Shown: in pieces, positions 52,071 to 64,000 of the stretch | Layout of the letters: each line of letters opens with the position of its first letter | How positions within the stretch are numbered: the stretch's first letter is position 1 | NCBI RefSeq assembly: GCF_022045235.1 | Contig: NW_027266265.1 | Coordinates: forward strand, 5,208,001-5,272,000 | From: Haliotis cracherodii | Lineage: Eukaryota | Reading direction: 5' to 3' | Length of the DNA: 64,000 bases | Notes under the pieces: model-generated | Databases searched by the model: none | Told to the model about the DNA's origin: nothing | The model's input: only the letters and a program-made list of their open reading frames with translations | Made by a program: the position numbers and the translations under genes

Positions 52071-54567
52071 GTTATTGCTAACAATGGCCCACACAAATAC
52101 TTGCCACTAGCAAAGTGAAGTCATACCTAACAATATTGATTTAACAAGAGGAATACTGGTATTACATGCATCATTTTAACAAATTATCAGCTGGTTTTAA
52201 TTTATCAACTTAGAAACACTTGACCTGACTTTGGAAATCTAATGACCACTCTGCTAGTTCTCGCCACCAGTCAGAAAATAGAGCAAGCACATACACAAGA
52301 TTCGGTTCACAGCTATTAATCAGTATAGCGTCTGATGATATATATCATAATAAAATCACAATAAATAAACGTACTAAATGCAGCAGGAAGGAGTACCTGG
52401 AGCCAGGTGTAGTAAAGACCATCGACCAGATTGCTTCACAGAGGCATCGCGAAGTGAGGGGAAAACAGCTGTAATCCTACACCTCTCTACATTCAACCAG
52501 GAGAATGCGGGCATAAGAAATGGATTCAAAACTGTCTTTAAACCATTTTTTAAAGCAAGAAATGACTTTGAAATGTAAAAAATATACATAAAAAATCAAA
52601 GGAAACTGTTTTGCCTGATAAAATCCAATATTTATCTGTGTTTTTAATTATGTTAATGGAAACATTGAAGGAAACACAGCAGATCAAGCAATTTCCCAAG
52701 GCCGCCCTTGATCAGCTCCTGTCTACACCCAGTGATGGCTTCTATTAGACACAGGAGGGCAGACTCCACTATTAAAAATCTTAAATAGGAAAAAACTTTC
52801 TAATGAAAAGGCACAACTTGACTATTGTTTAGTAATTATTTACAAAATTCCTATATGTCAGTAGTCAAAAATATTCGTATTTGATTGCATACTTATCTAC
52901 TGGTTGTTGAAATTCCAAATATTGTAAACAAACCACAATAGGTCTGGATGAATCACTTTCCTCTACACCTGACAAGACCACTGCTGAATAATTTGTTATA
53001 CACCTAGCAGCATGATTGGGGATCACTAAACAGTCCCTTCATTGGCAGCTGGGCATGCAAGGTTGGAGTATAATCATACCTGAATTAAATACCATACGGA
53101 ATACATAATTGATATAAGCCCATTATTATGGAGAATAAATTACCATACGACTACAGACATAACACCTAGTAAACTGTTCATTATATAACACCTATACTGA
53201 GCACTATCAATTCATGGCAGTTCTACAGTAATGAAAGGCGACACTTTCATATTGTTTTTGATGTACGGATTCAACTGACTGGACTCAAAATATACAATCA
53301 CAAAATCAAACAAAAATATTTAATATTTTTATTAGCCTGACCATTCATCATTGAAGATGAGAAGAGAATAAACAACTACAAAATGAATACAAAATCAGAG
53401 TAGCTGTCAACTTATTGAATAATAAATGCTATGTTTTTAGTCTCTGGCAACTGCCAACGTCTTTTAAAGAGGACAAATCCTGCTCAGAAGCGAATATATT
53501 TACATTGTAAAAATACTAAACATTCTGCACTTTAAACAATATCAGCATTTTATTTTCATAACTTCATGCCAAATCGTTTTTTCAAAGCAGCCCCAATTTA
53601 CACCTCCTCCCGAACAAGTGAAGCTAAATAGTCAGTAAAAATCTGTATCCGACTCAATACAAAAGTGTGGCCCGGTATTGATTACAGACTTGAGCGAAAA
53701 TCAGGTTATTTATTCATGAAAAAGCCTTTGCGACTTATCTATTGTGTGCCATCATGTTCTGTATCTACAGTTTTCAGCAAGAGAAATCTTATTTGTACAA
53801 ACTGGTTATCGTTTTGCTAGAAAATCAAAGGTCAGATAACAACTGTCAGATGAACTTGCTGGAAACCCTTAGGATGTAGTAGTATGTGACATCTTGGTTG
53901 GTTACCATGGAAATGAGCACCATAAATTTATGTGGTCAGGTTGATCTCGGTCTTGCATACTAAATATAAGCCAACAAAAACAGGAACATAACAAAGTCAT
54001 AAACACATCTCAAGACTTACAAATACACATTGCACATAATGCCATCTATATTGGCGGACCTATGGTTAAGCTTCATACGTAAAGGTTCATAGGCCATGGG
54101 GTCAACGAAACCATCTCACCCCAGGACAAACGGTCAATCTGTTGTACTTCGTGACAAGCATTTTTTCCAGGAGTAGGCTGCAAGGAGACAATGCTTGCTA
54201 GTGCAAACAATCTTAACTGATGGGAGCAAAATCTGGCAATAATAACGTGCAGTAATCATAGTAAATATCCCAATTAATTTAAGTTTATGACAAAAATACA
54301 TATGTACAATAATTCCAAATGTATGTTAATGCTTCATTCAACATTGCACATATAATCCACAATCTCACTGTTACAGGCCAATATTTGGTGATTAGTCCAG
54401 ACGAAGACAACTTCAGTAATGATAATAATCATAATTATACTTAATCTCCACCAATCAAATGTAGTGTCCTGTGGTGAAAATATGGCTACCGTATTCACCA
54501 TAATAAGTGCCAAAGGGGGTGCTTATTAAAACCATACACAATGAGTAAAATATATTTTCAGAGATCG

Positions 54568-54730
54568 AGTGAGAGTGTATTGTTTTACGCCACTTTTAGC
54601 AATATTCCAGCAATATCATGGCGAGGGACACCAGAAGTGAGCTTCACACATTGTACCCATGTGGGGAATCAAACCCTGGTCCTCGGCTTGACGAGCAAAC
54701 GCTTTAACCACTAGGCTACCCCACCGCCCT
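54568..54730 (-). mobile_element. SINE family A copy
   Basis: Full-length; TSD TTTCAGAGAT. Confidence 0.9.
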
Positions 54731-57700
54731 TTCAGAGATGGAGCGGTTGGGAACAGTATCAATGAATCTAAAAACCCTTCCATAATAGTAACTAAGCACT
54801 TATATATACCTGTTCCGTTTTCTGTAAATAATAAGAAAAATATCTGTGACAAACACAAGCAAATACGCCATGGCATGTAAATTCTCGGTCTTTGTAGGGT
54901 GTGCTCATAGAGAATATTTACAAAATATCTAGAACTTGGTCAGTGAGTCCCAATTTTAGCAGAGCGCTTAATATGGCGAATACGGCAGCACAAAGCAATT
55001 ATGTTACTTTTTTTGACATTTCATGAGGCAATACTACACAGGAAATACGTAAGGAACATGATCTTTGATCTTATTCCACCAACTGTTGATATTAGACACA
55101 GCTGGTGGAAAATGGCAAGAAATCTGAGACTGACAATAAACCCTTGTTATCCCTTAATCCATACCCCTCTCATATTGAACATAAAATCATCATTTATATC
55201 AGAACTGTACCGACAGGCTGTTACTTGAATAAGTCATATTACCACTTAGTTTCAAAAGTTAACCATTAAAAGGCAGTATTTGTAAATAAGCGAGGCAAAA
55301 TATAGATAGTTGACACATCTGTATGTACATGTATTATATTTGTTCAAATTCAAAACAAGGAACACCAATAAAGAGACTGTACAAGACTCAAACAAAACAA
55401 CACTTGCATGGAGGCTAGGGAAACGATGCGAGACCCATACACCATGTCAATACACACATCTCTCTATATTGACCTTCAAATGTCAATTTGTTTATTCAGA
55501 ATCATTAACAAGTCTGCTACACAAGTTAAAGTTGACCTTGCTATCGAAAAAATCTCAACTCAAACGAAATTATTCCCCAAACCTTTATTCACAAGAAGCT
55601 GAACCAAAAGTTAGAGATACAAAAATGTCTGAAAGAGCAAGGTCAACTTAAACGAAAAAAAAACCTCCATAGAACACATGAAGGTTCCCCTGATTTCTCC
55701 CTTGACCTTCAACTAGGGGAGACAAGCAGGGGACACACCTCTAGCACAAATTCTTTCCATTGCTTTTTGTCTCTCAGTATCAATGCCTACACAGAAGGGA
55801 GGTAACTCTTATTATGCTCTCCCCTTCAACCTGACTAGATCGCATTATTTGGATATTGTTTGGTAGGCCGACAACAAGTGACACAATCATCACTTGCATA
55901 ATGTATGGTCCCTGCTGATCATGTTTTTAACAGGACGTTTCATGCATTGATTATTTCTTCATATGTCTTGCTGTGGAAATATGCGTGACTCATGTCTGGA
56001 GCATGTGCGGTAACGTATGACAAAGATCAACGTCTGTCATCTTAACATATATCTACATACACAAGAAAACCATAGTAGAGGGGTGGGGTTGGGGGTGAGG
56101 GTGGTGAGGGGTGAGGGTAGTAGAGGGGAGAGGTGGGTGTATATCAAGTTAATAGTTGGGAAGAAAGAGCCTCTGGTTGTCATGTACACGGGCAGACACC
56201 GTTGGTCAAATCAACCAATCTGCCGTTCATTTCAGACAAGTAGTTTTTGTAACATAGCCAGTACAAATGGAATTTCACAAGTCTTGGCCTAACATACTAT
56301 TGTGTAACCTTGTAATATGTAAATGAATGTTTGTATTTATGTTTTCTCAGTTTCCATCATCTAGAGGGAGATGTTTCCTAGCAACCAGTAGCCCCAGGGG
56401 TTGAGAGAAAGCAAGCAGCCTGGGCAGCCTATTGGGGTAATATGTGTTGCTTCAACAGTACAACACTGTTGTCTTTTCTAATATGGTGAATGTACAGGGT
56501 GAGGTGCTCTTACATGTCTGTTACGATGGAATATTCAGAATTTAAATATTAAATACAAATTAAATGCAAATAAAGAATTAAGTAGAAATTATTCTGGAAG
56601 CTGAATTAAGGGGAGATGATTGATCTAAGAAAGATTGGCTCAGAGAATCCAGTTTGTCATCAACATTGCTTCACAAGTCACACTCAATTGTCACAGTAAA
56701 TCATGATGAATGCATTCATAGATTAAGTGGATTCTTAAAAGATGTTTTATGCCAGAACATTTTCATACAGAAATACTTGGAATGAAAGCTCGGACGACCA
56801 GACCATATTCCGGAGACACCTAGCCTTACTCAGGATAGCTTCTTGAAATTATAGTTGCTGGCAGTAATATTGAATAAGCTCTGCCATCATCTGTCGGCCA
56901 ACAACTGGCCATGGCCCATTACTGGCAGGGTAGGTCAGAGAGGTCGGGGCAGAGTGGGCGGGGCAGAGTGGGCGGGCCAGAATGGGTGGGGCAGAGAGGT
57001 CTGGCAGAGTGGGCGGAGCAGAGTATGCAGAGCAGCAGAGTAGGTGGGTCAGGGTGGGCGGGGCAGAGCAGGGTAGGGTGGGACCAGCCTGAACAGGACC
57101 TGTTAGTAGTTTGTTCATGAGAAGCAAATATTTTACTGGAATAGGTTACTCAATGAAGTGATGAATTCATATTACTTAAGTTATCCTGGCCAAGCAAAAA
57201 TATGACAGAAAACATCGTTTCTGTGAAAGAAGTGAAAAGAGATTACACATCTGATAACAGCATGGTTGTTAGTCTGTCTGGTGCTCAATAATATTCAGGA
57301 GATGACAAGGTCTGTCTTGTGATGCTTTGGGACGTTGAGAGAAGCAGAATATGTGAGCTGTACCCTTTGAGCGGAAGGAGGTTACCATAGTTACTCATAA
57401 GACATGGTTAAAATGAGATAATTGTCATGGATGTATCCTATGTAATTTGTAAACTGGAGAATAAATAAGCCCATACAAAACAACACTGGCATTATACTCA
57501 TAATGATAATATGTCAGCCACCGTCTCCTTTATCTTCACAGTGTCGACCAACTTTATAATACGCTGTGTCCTATTGGTAAAAGTATCTGGAATAGCATTC
57601 TACCTCCCCATCACATATCTGAGTTCGTCACTGAGTATTAGCACTAGGGGTCTTATGATGGTCTCCAGGTCAGGGATGTGTAATACATGATTTCTTTGTA

Positions 57701-58095
57701 GCACAATAACTTAAATAGGACGTAACAAAGGATTATCTATCTATACATACACTGCACCATCCATCGTTTATGTACAGTCAATCATTGCAATGGTAGACAG
57801 TAAGCAGATATCTTCAATTTTTAATTTCAAGGAAATATGTTTTTGTACACATATAATAATACATTCATTTAACACAAGACTGAGGCAAACTTAGGTTCCA
57901 AGGTAGATTTGCTTTGCCCATAAATAACAAAGATCTGTGTGGTCCGTGGCGACGCTGTTTATCTGTGTCTGCAGCAGTTATGAGAGAAGCCGATATTGCA
58001 GCAACTGGGCAGAGAACGAGAGACACAGATTGACAACACAAACCATCTACGTTGCCCGGTCATGGTGGAACCAAATATAGTCAGTCTGTCAACAA

Positions 58096-58196
58096 TCAGG
58101 ATCCCGAGGCACTTGTGTCATTTGAATTGGTCTCCGCTGGCTTCTTCCCTCTCGTCATCCGCTCCAACTCCGCCGCTGCATCACGCGAGACTCTAT
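58096..58196 (-). CDS. DYNC1LI: Dynein light intermediate chain, last coding exon (helix 2, stop)
   Basis: ccttcacag|(D)RVSRDAAAELERMTRGKKPAETNSNDTSASGS-TGA, resembling the LIC C-terminal 'DV.AELDR.TRK'. Phase is compatible with the previous exon. Confidence 0.88.
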
Positions 58197-59947
58197 CTGT
58201 GAAGGACAAGAGATCATGTGTAGGCAGTTCAAAGTGCAACTATATAAAACCTTGGGAATTATAATCAGTTTTGGGTTCACAATGTCATATTATGGTACAG
58301 CATCTAACCAGTGAGTTGAACAGTATTCCAGTTATATCACGGCGTGTCAGCTTAATGTGGGAGGAAAGCCCGAAGTGATGCAGGTCTCAGACATTTACCA
58401 CTTCGGGGAAACCCACGGGCACGGGTATGGTGCTGACAAACCTAGAAACATAATTGGGGCGAACTGGGATTTGAACCCACAATCATAGGTTTCTGGCTAG
58501 CCCAAGGGATGCAACTCTGCACAGCGAATTGCAGCGCCTTAGAGGACTGGGCTGTGTGTCAGCTTTATGGCCCAACCCAAGTGAAGTTGGTCCTAGCCGT
58601 TGAACTTGCTTTGACCTATCTTTACTGAGGGACTGCCATAAACCAAATGTGTCAGTCAACATGGCCGGTGGGGGTGGGGGTGACAAAGTGGCAGTTGCAA
58701 CATGACAGCTAATATGTTGGGCTCCAACGTCAACCTGGGGTACAGATTTGTGTGTTTGTTGCTTAACGCCACACTCAGTAATATTCCAGCTTTATGATGG
58801 CGGCCTGTAAATAATCGAGCATGGACCAGACAATCCTGATTTTGACACCTGAGTGACAGGTTAGCAGGCAAATAGCTCAGTATTGCCGATTATCAATATC
58901 CACAGTGACATGTAATTTGATGTAGCACTTAGGGCTATTGAAATACATAAAACTGGCAGAACTTGAGTGAGAGGTAGCCAAAATGTTCACTGTGTCTGTT
59001 TTTGATTTGAATTTTTTAATCGCACAGGGTTCCCTTGGTCCGCAACACTCTGATTGATTCATCACAAACTAGGCTTTAAAAATGTCCAAACAGCCAATCA
59101 AATTGTACTCTTGCACCAGACCAACTGAGTTCCAGTTACTGACCATTCTAGCCAGGCCCCAATGGTCTTAGAGTGCAGATACTGGGGAATGGCGGTAATG
59201 ATTTTCTGGATAGTGTGGACGTGTCTGGAGGCGTCTTAATGAATATCATGCGAACGTCAATGTAAGGCAACATGACAGATTCAGAGATGTGACTGTGATG
59301 ATATAGAGCAGGATTATGATGACTGACAGAATGCCACTGCACTGTCCATGGAAGGGTCATTCAACAGTACAACCGAGGCAACATACTGGCGCCAATAGTT
59401 GTGCTGCTTGCGTGCCATGCTGGGCCATGTTTTATTGTAACTGACAACCTCAAGCAGCACAACATGAAAAGACAACCACGAGTCTGGGACATGACATCTA
59501 ACACCACTCGCCATGTTAGCTGAACTTACGAGGCCAGCTGCTGCTAGAGGAGTGAGTGAGTGAGTGAGTGAGTGAGTGAGTGAGTGGTTTTACGCCGCTT
59601 TTAGCTATATTCCAGCAATATCACGTAAATCTGTAAATAATCAAGTCTGGACCAGACAATCCACTGATTGACATCATGAGCTTGGAATCTATGCAATTGG
59701 GATACAATGACATGCACCAAACCAAGTCAGCAAGCCTGAAAACTCGTTAGCCTCTTACTACGAGTAAAGTCGCCTTTTACAGCAAGCATGGGTTACTGAA
59801 GACCTAGTCTATCGTGGATCTTCACGGGTCTTCTTCATAAGGCTTTCGCTCATCATACAAATCTGTATCATTTATCATATTTGTTTTTACTAAAGACTTG
59901 TGGCTGGTTGTGGAGGGAGGAGGGTAAGAATGAAGTAGATGTGTTAC

Positions 59948-60077
59948 CTGAGACTGGAGGTGTACCTGTTCCCGTGCCACCGCCACCGGGCTGGCCAGTC
60001 TTCTTGTTGAGTAAACTGTTGAAAAAGTTGGCCAGCATCCCCTCGCTGGTGGCTCCAGCTGGCGCCTTGCCCTCCCC
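59948..60077 (-). CDS. DYNC1LI: Dynein light intermediate chain, penultimate coding exon (adaptor-binding helix 1)
   Basis: GEGKAPAGATSEGMLANFFNSLLNKKTGQPG matches the LIC hallmark SEGVLANFFNSLLSKKTG. Acceptor tttttgaag|, donor G|GTAACA; 130 nt, phase 0->1. Confidence 0.93.
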
Positions 60078-60105
60078 CTTCAAAAATAGACAAGCGACAA
60101 TAAAG

Positions 60106-60660
60106 CAACAGAAGCCATCTGATGCGGACGCCCAACAGAAACCATCTGATGCAGACGTCCAACAGAAGCCATCTCATGCGGACGCCCAACAGAAACCATC
60201 TCATGCAGACGCCTGACTGAAGCCATCTGATGCGGACGACCGACAGAAGCCATCTGATGAGGACGCCCGACAGAAGCCATCTGATGCGGACGCCCGACAG
60301 AAGCCATCTGATGCGGACACCCGACTGAAGCCATCTGATGCGGACACCCGACTGAAGCCATCTGATGCGGACACCCGACTGAAGCCATCTGATGCGGACG
60401 CCCGACAGAAGCCATCTGATGCGGACGCCCGACAGAAGCCATCTGATGCGGACGCCTGACTGAAGCCATCTGATGCGGACGACCGACAGAAGCCATCTGA
60501 TGCGGACGCCCGACAGAAGCCATCTGATGCGGACGCCCGACTGAAGCCATCTGATGCGGACGACCGACAGAAGCCATCTGATGCGGACGCCCGACAGAAG
60601 CCATCTGAAGCGGATGCCCAACAGAAGCCATCTGATGCGGACGCCCAACAGAAGCCATCT
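60106..60660. repeat. Minisatellite, 27-bp unit, beside the DYNC1LI exon acceptor
   Basis: GCCATCTGATGCGGACGCCCGACAGAA, ~20 copies. Confidence 0.95.
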
Positions 60661-63297
60661 AGTGTTGGCTCCACACAGTTAGTGTTAATTTGAAGCTTTG
60701 GGTAAATAGTTGGAGAGCGGTGTCATACATCAATGTGAGATCTTGTTTCAGCTATATTACAGCAACCTCTAAATAATCAAGTCTGGCCAGTAAAACATTC
60801 ACACAACAGTGGCGTCACACACTGTAACCATCAAATCCTCACTGGTCAGCTCCGAAGACGAGCAGAGGGTGTTCCGTGTCTCACTTCCTGTTTAGGCACC
60901 CAGTCTCCAGTCCCTTGCACATATTCTTTTCAACACAATACAAAAGACGTATTCAAAGCTAAACATTGTTAATGCTGGGCTGCTGTTAACAAAACTGGGC
61001 CTTTAGTTTTGGACACCATAAGACATGTTTACATGCAATAAACGTTACTGCCGTATTTTGAGGAAAAAACCCCTCTGTTAATGACTTCTTGGGACTATTC
61101 TTTGTAAACCAAGCTAGCAGTTCTAAATATACAGCATCCATCTCTACTTCATGGAAGCAACTTTAATAGTCTTCTCGATGTGTCTGAATTGCAGCTAGTG
61201 CCAGGATGAACTATTTCCCACAAGACAGGAAGCCCTGTCACACTCGTGTGGTCTTCACACTTACGGTGCCACAATCATTGAGTATTCCCCAAACTCCTCC
61301 CCAGCATGTGACACCCCTAGCTACACTCTTGGTAAAATCTCAACCATGACTGAGTGGCAGTGATAGTACAGAGAGTTCTGCGAATGGGCTCTCGCTGTGA
61401 GAAGCTGCAATTCCCACTTACCAGGAATGTATACACTACCAGCTTACAAGCATGGGGATTTAGTATGTCACCTATCCCAGATTTCCAAGCAGGGATACCC
61501 ATCATGTTCATACGCTCATTTACCGCGGCCTACACAAATGCTATGCAAGATAGAGCTGAAGTATAGTTGGACCTAGAAGCCAAGCGTTGTGTACAGAAAC
61601 AGGGAGAACAGAATGGATGGATGTGAACCCAGTCGGATGAAAGTGAGACCTTTTACTCCCACACGATGCCTCCCTGTAAGAAGACCTAAGAACATATCCA
61701 TAGAAGGTCACATCGGGAAATATTTCAAATCAGCCAATCTGCTTAGAGGTTTCTAATTTCTTGGTACTTGAAAATGAACATAACAGAGGAGTTCCGAAAA
61801 CTGTCCAAAATAACTGCCAGCCCGTGGCGGGTAACTTTTCTGTCGGGCTGCATGAAATTTTCCTCGACCTGCCAGACGGTATGGCAGAACATTTTAAGAC
61901 TTCTTAAATATGCAGTTTCATTAATAACTCCTTGTAGACTCTCAAGAGACTGTTTGCATTATTTCAACTGAAATCAAGATGCGATTAGTCTGTTATTTTT
62001 TGTGATTTTTCAAAATTTACAACGTTTGAATGCAGGCAGGTAACTTTGAAGTTGAGCAGGCAACACTTATTGGGTTACCAGCCCAACTGTCTTTTGGGGT
62101 TTTATAATTATTTCAAACACTGGTTCAGAATTCAAAAACATAAAACTGTGTTACTGTAGTGTTGTAGATATTTTATACATCATGTTTCTGAGCGCAAGGT
62201 CCAAATGTCTGAAAGGACGTGATAAAGAAATGAAGTCCAATGGTTTTAGAGAGCTGACATCAGACTGACTCCAGAACCTACACACCTTTTATGTTCGCAC
62301 AGGGTTCACCTACTGCGGTCTTCTATGGACGTGTTGTCAACATCTTCACACACAGAGGAATCATATCAGAGTAAACAATCTTATTCATTGAGATTGGTAT
62401 GAACCAAGTGCAGTGAGAAGATGGAAGTCCATGTTGTTTAAAGCTGCAGTCAGCAATATTCAAGATATATCATGGCAACCTGTATTCAACCAAGTAAGTG
62501 CCCGAGAAACCAGAGGTCGATAGCATGAGCAACAATCCATGCCAACGGAATAAGATGATAAATTCGACATGACCACTCGATCGCTATTTGAGACAGCTCT
62601 TATGACACGCATGCCTTGGTGGAGACTGATGTAACATTATGTAAGACAAGACAGAACATTGTAAACACAAAGCACCTTCAGAAAGACCATTCATTGGAGA
62701 CAGTTCATTAGGTTTTCCAAAAATTAATTTAGTTCAACTGAGAGACATCTTATTGTTGATCAATACATACATCTGTATTAAATAATAAAGTAACATTCAT
62801 GAAGAGTGTATAATGAACTGTGATTCCAGACAGATGACATGAACATGATGAAGTGAAGGCTGAGTTACAGGTAAACAAGGTGGAAAGACACTGAAAGAAA
62901 CCATAAACAGATACACTCAATGAAGCAACCAAACTGAGCCATCAAGTCACCCACACAGCAGCAGTTGATGTATATACTTACTTTGGGGCTCTGAGATTGC
63001 AACGAGACATGTAAGGTGAATATTTACAAATAAAACAGTTCAATGTCGGATTAGATCAATATGTTTTGGGGGTGGTCTTGACACAAGGCTTAAACTCTGA
63101 TACAATTTACATGAATTTGAAGCCATTATCTTATCCCTTGTTTATGAGAGCTGAAAGGGATAAATAATTTAGTAGTTTTATAATTCAACAACTTTCAAGC
63201 CAAGTTTCAATGAAATAAACACAATGGCTTGTTTGAATAGTACTGAAAGCATTTCCTGGCATTTCCTGTGAAGTATGTACACACAACCATGACGCAC

Positions 63298-63393
63298 CTT
63301 GCCACGGCCGGGCGTGGATGGCGACGACCCTTGTCTCTCGGGGGTCCGCTGTACCTGGGGACGCTGCATCCTCTGGGGGGTGCCCTCTGCTGG
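63298..63393 (-). CDS. DYNC1LI: Cytoplasmic dynein 1 light intermediate chain, third-last coding exon (S/P/R-rich linker)
   Basis: tgttttcag|PAEGTPQRMQRPQVQRTPERQGSSPSTPGRGK|GTGCGT. 96 nt, phase 0, in frame with the next exon. Confidence 0.75.
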
Positions 63394-64000
63394 CTGAAAA
63401 CAGCAGACCAGCTGTTATATGCAGGGCAACAAATAATGGAACAGGTAGAACATAATTAATATTGAATTAGTAAGGCTAAAAAAAAATTAGTCCGCCGCAT
63501 GTTTCGTTTTATAATATAAAATATAAAAATCCTAATACCTAAAGACAATGTGATCCAACACAGCACGCAGTTTCTTCCCTTTACATGCGCACTGCTTTAC
63601 TGCCCATCTTGTGTTGTCATGGTGGCAATAGGAGTTTATGTGCTTGTTTATACTTGCTGGTTTATTTGGTTACATACTAGTTTGAACAAGCAAACAAAAA
63701 AAACACTGCCTGCCCGCACATTATTTTCAAGAGTCATTGCCTGAGAACCAATTTTTTTATTTTGTTAAGCCTTTGGAGTAATTAGAAACTTAGGAGTGAG
63801 TGACAGCGTTGGATTTAACTCCACTTCGTACTGTATTCCAGTAAAATCATGGCGTGTCAGCTTGATGTGTGAGGAAAGCTTTAAGTTGGAAACTTTGGAA
63901 CTACTGGTACTCTGACAAGAGACCAAATAATGTAACGCATAAATTAGGCATAAAAAAATAAAAGAAGTGGTTCTCAGGCAATGTTCTTTGAAAATATATC

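Noticed and set aside
60106-60660. Hammerhead-like tandem units (CTGATG...GAA) and the ASASDGFCR ORFs
   Set aside because: Units lack CUGAnGA plus GAAA and the stems; this is a simple intronic 27-bp minisatellite.

Overview
Animal genomic DNA, not prokaryotic. It is AT-rich and intron-rich, with three assembly gaps; the SINE and minisatellite content suggests a mollusc such as a gastropod/abalone (inference). Two minus-strand spliced genes are supported. The first is a plasma-membrane Na+/H+ exchanger (SLC9A/NHE): coding exons 1-8 run from 41785 to 336 with consistent GT-AG phases, and the gene continues beyond the left edge. The second is the last three coding exons of cytoplasmic dynein 1 light intermediate chain (63393 to the stop at 58096). 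Introns and intergenic DNA hold four SINE-like families (three tRNA-headed, one with a non-tRNA structured head), a dead Tc1 transposon, a decayed L1/Tx1-type LINE, several MITEs and more than a dozen unrelated minisatellites. Almost all long ORFs in the ORF track are translations of tandem repeats. The best novelty candidates are: (1) the structured, precisely 5'-defined head of repeat family B, a possible ribozyme or cis-acting RNA; (2) a strand bias of SINEs inside genes that may reflect cryptic GTGAGT donors in their tails; (3) a duplicated NHE splice acceptor; (4) a perfect ER6 nuclear-receptor element next to an NRF1-like site in the NHE promoter; and (5) a DUP-INV-DUP rearrangement in a satellite. 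All alignments and folds were done by eye, and repeat boundaries are approximate unless a TSD or TIR is quoted.
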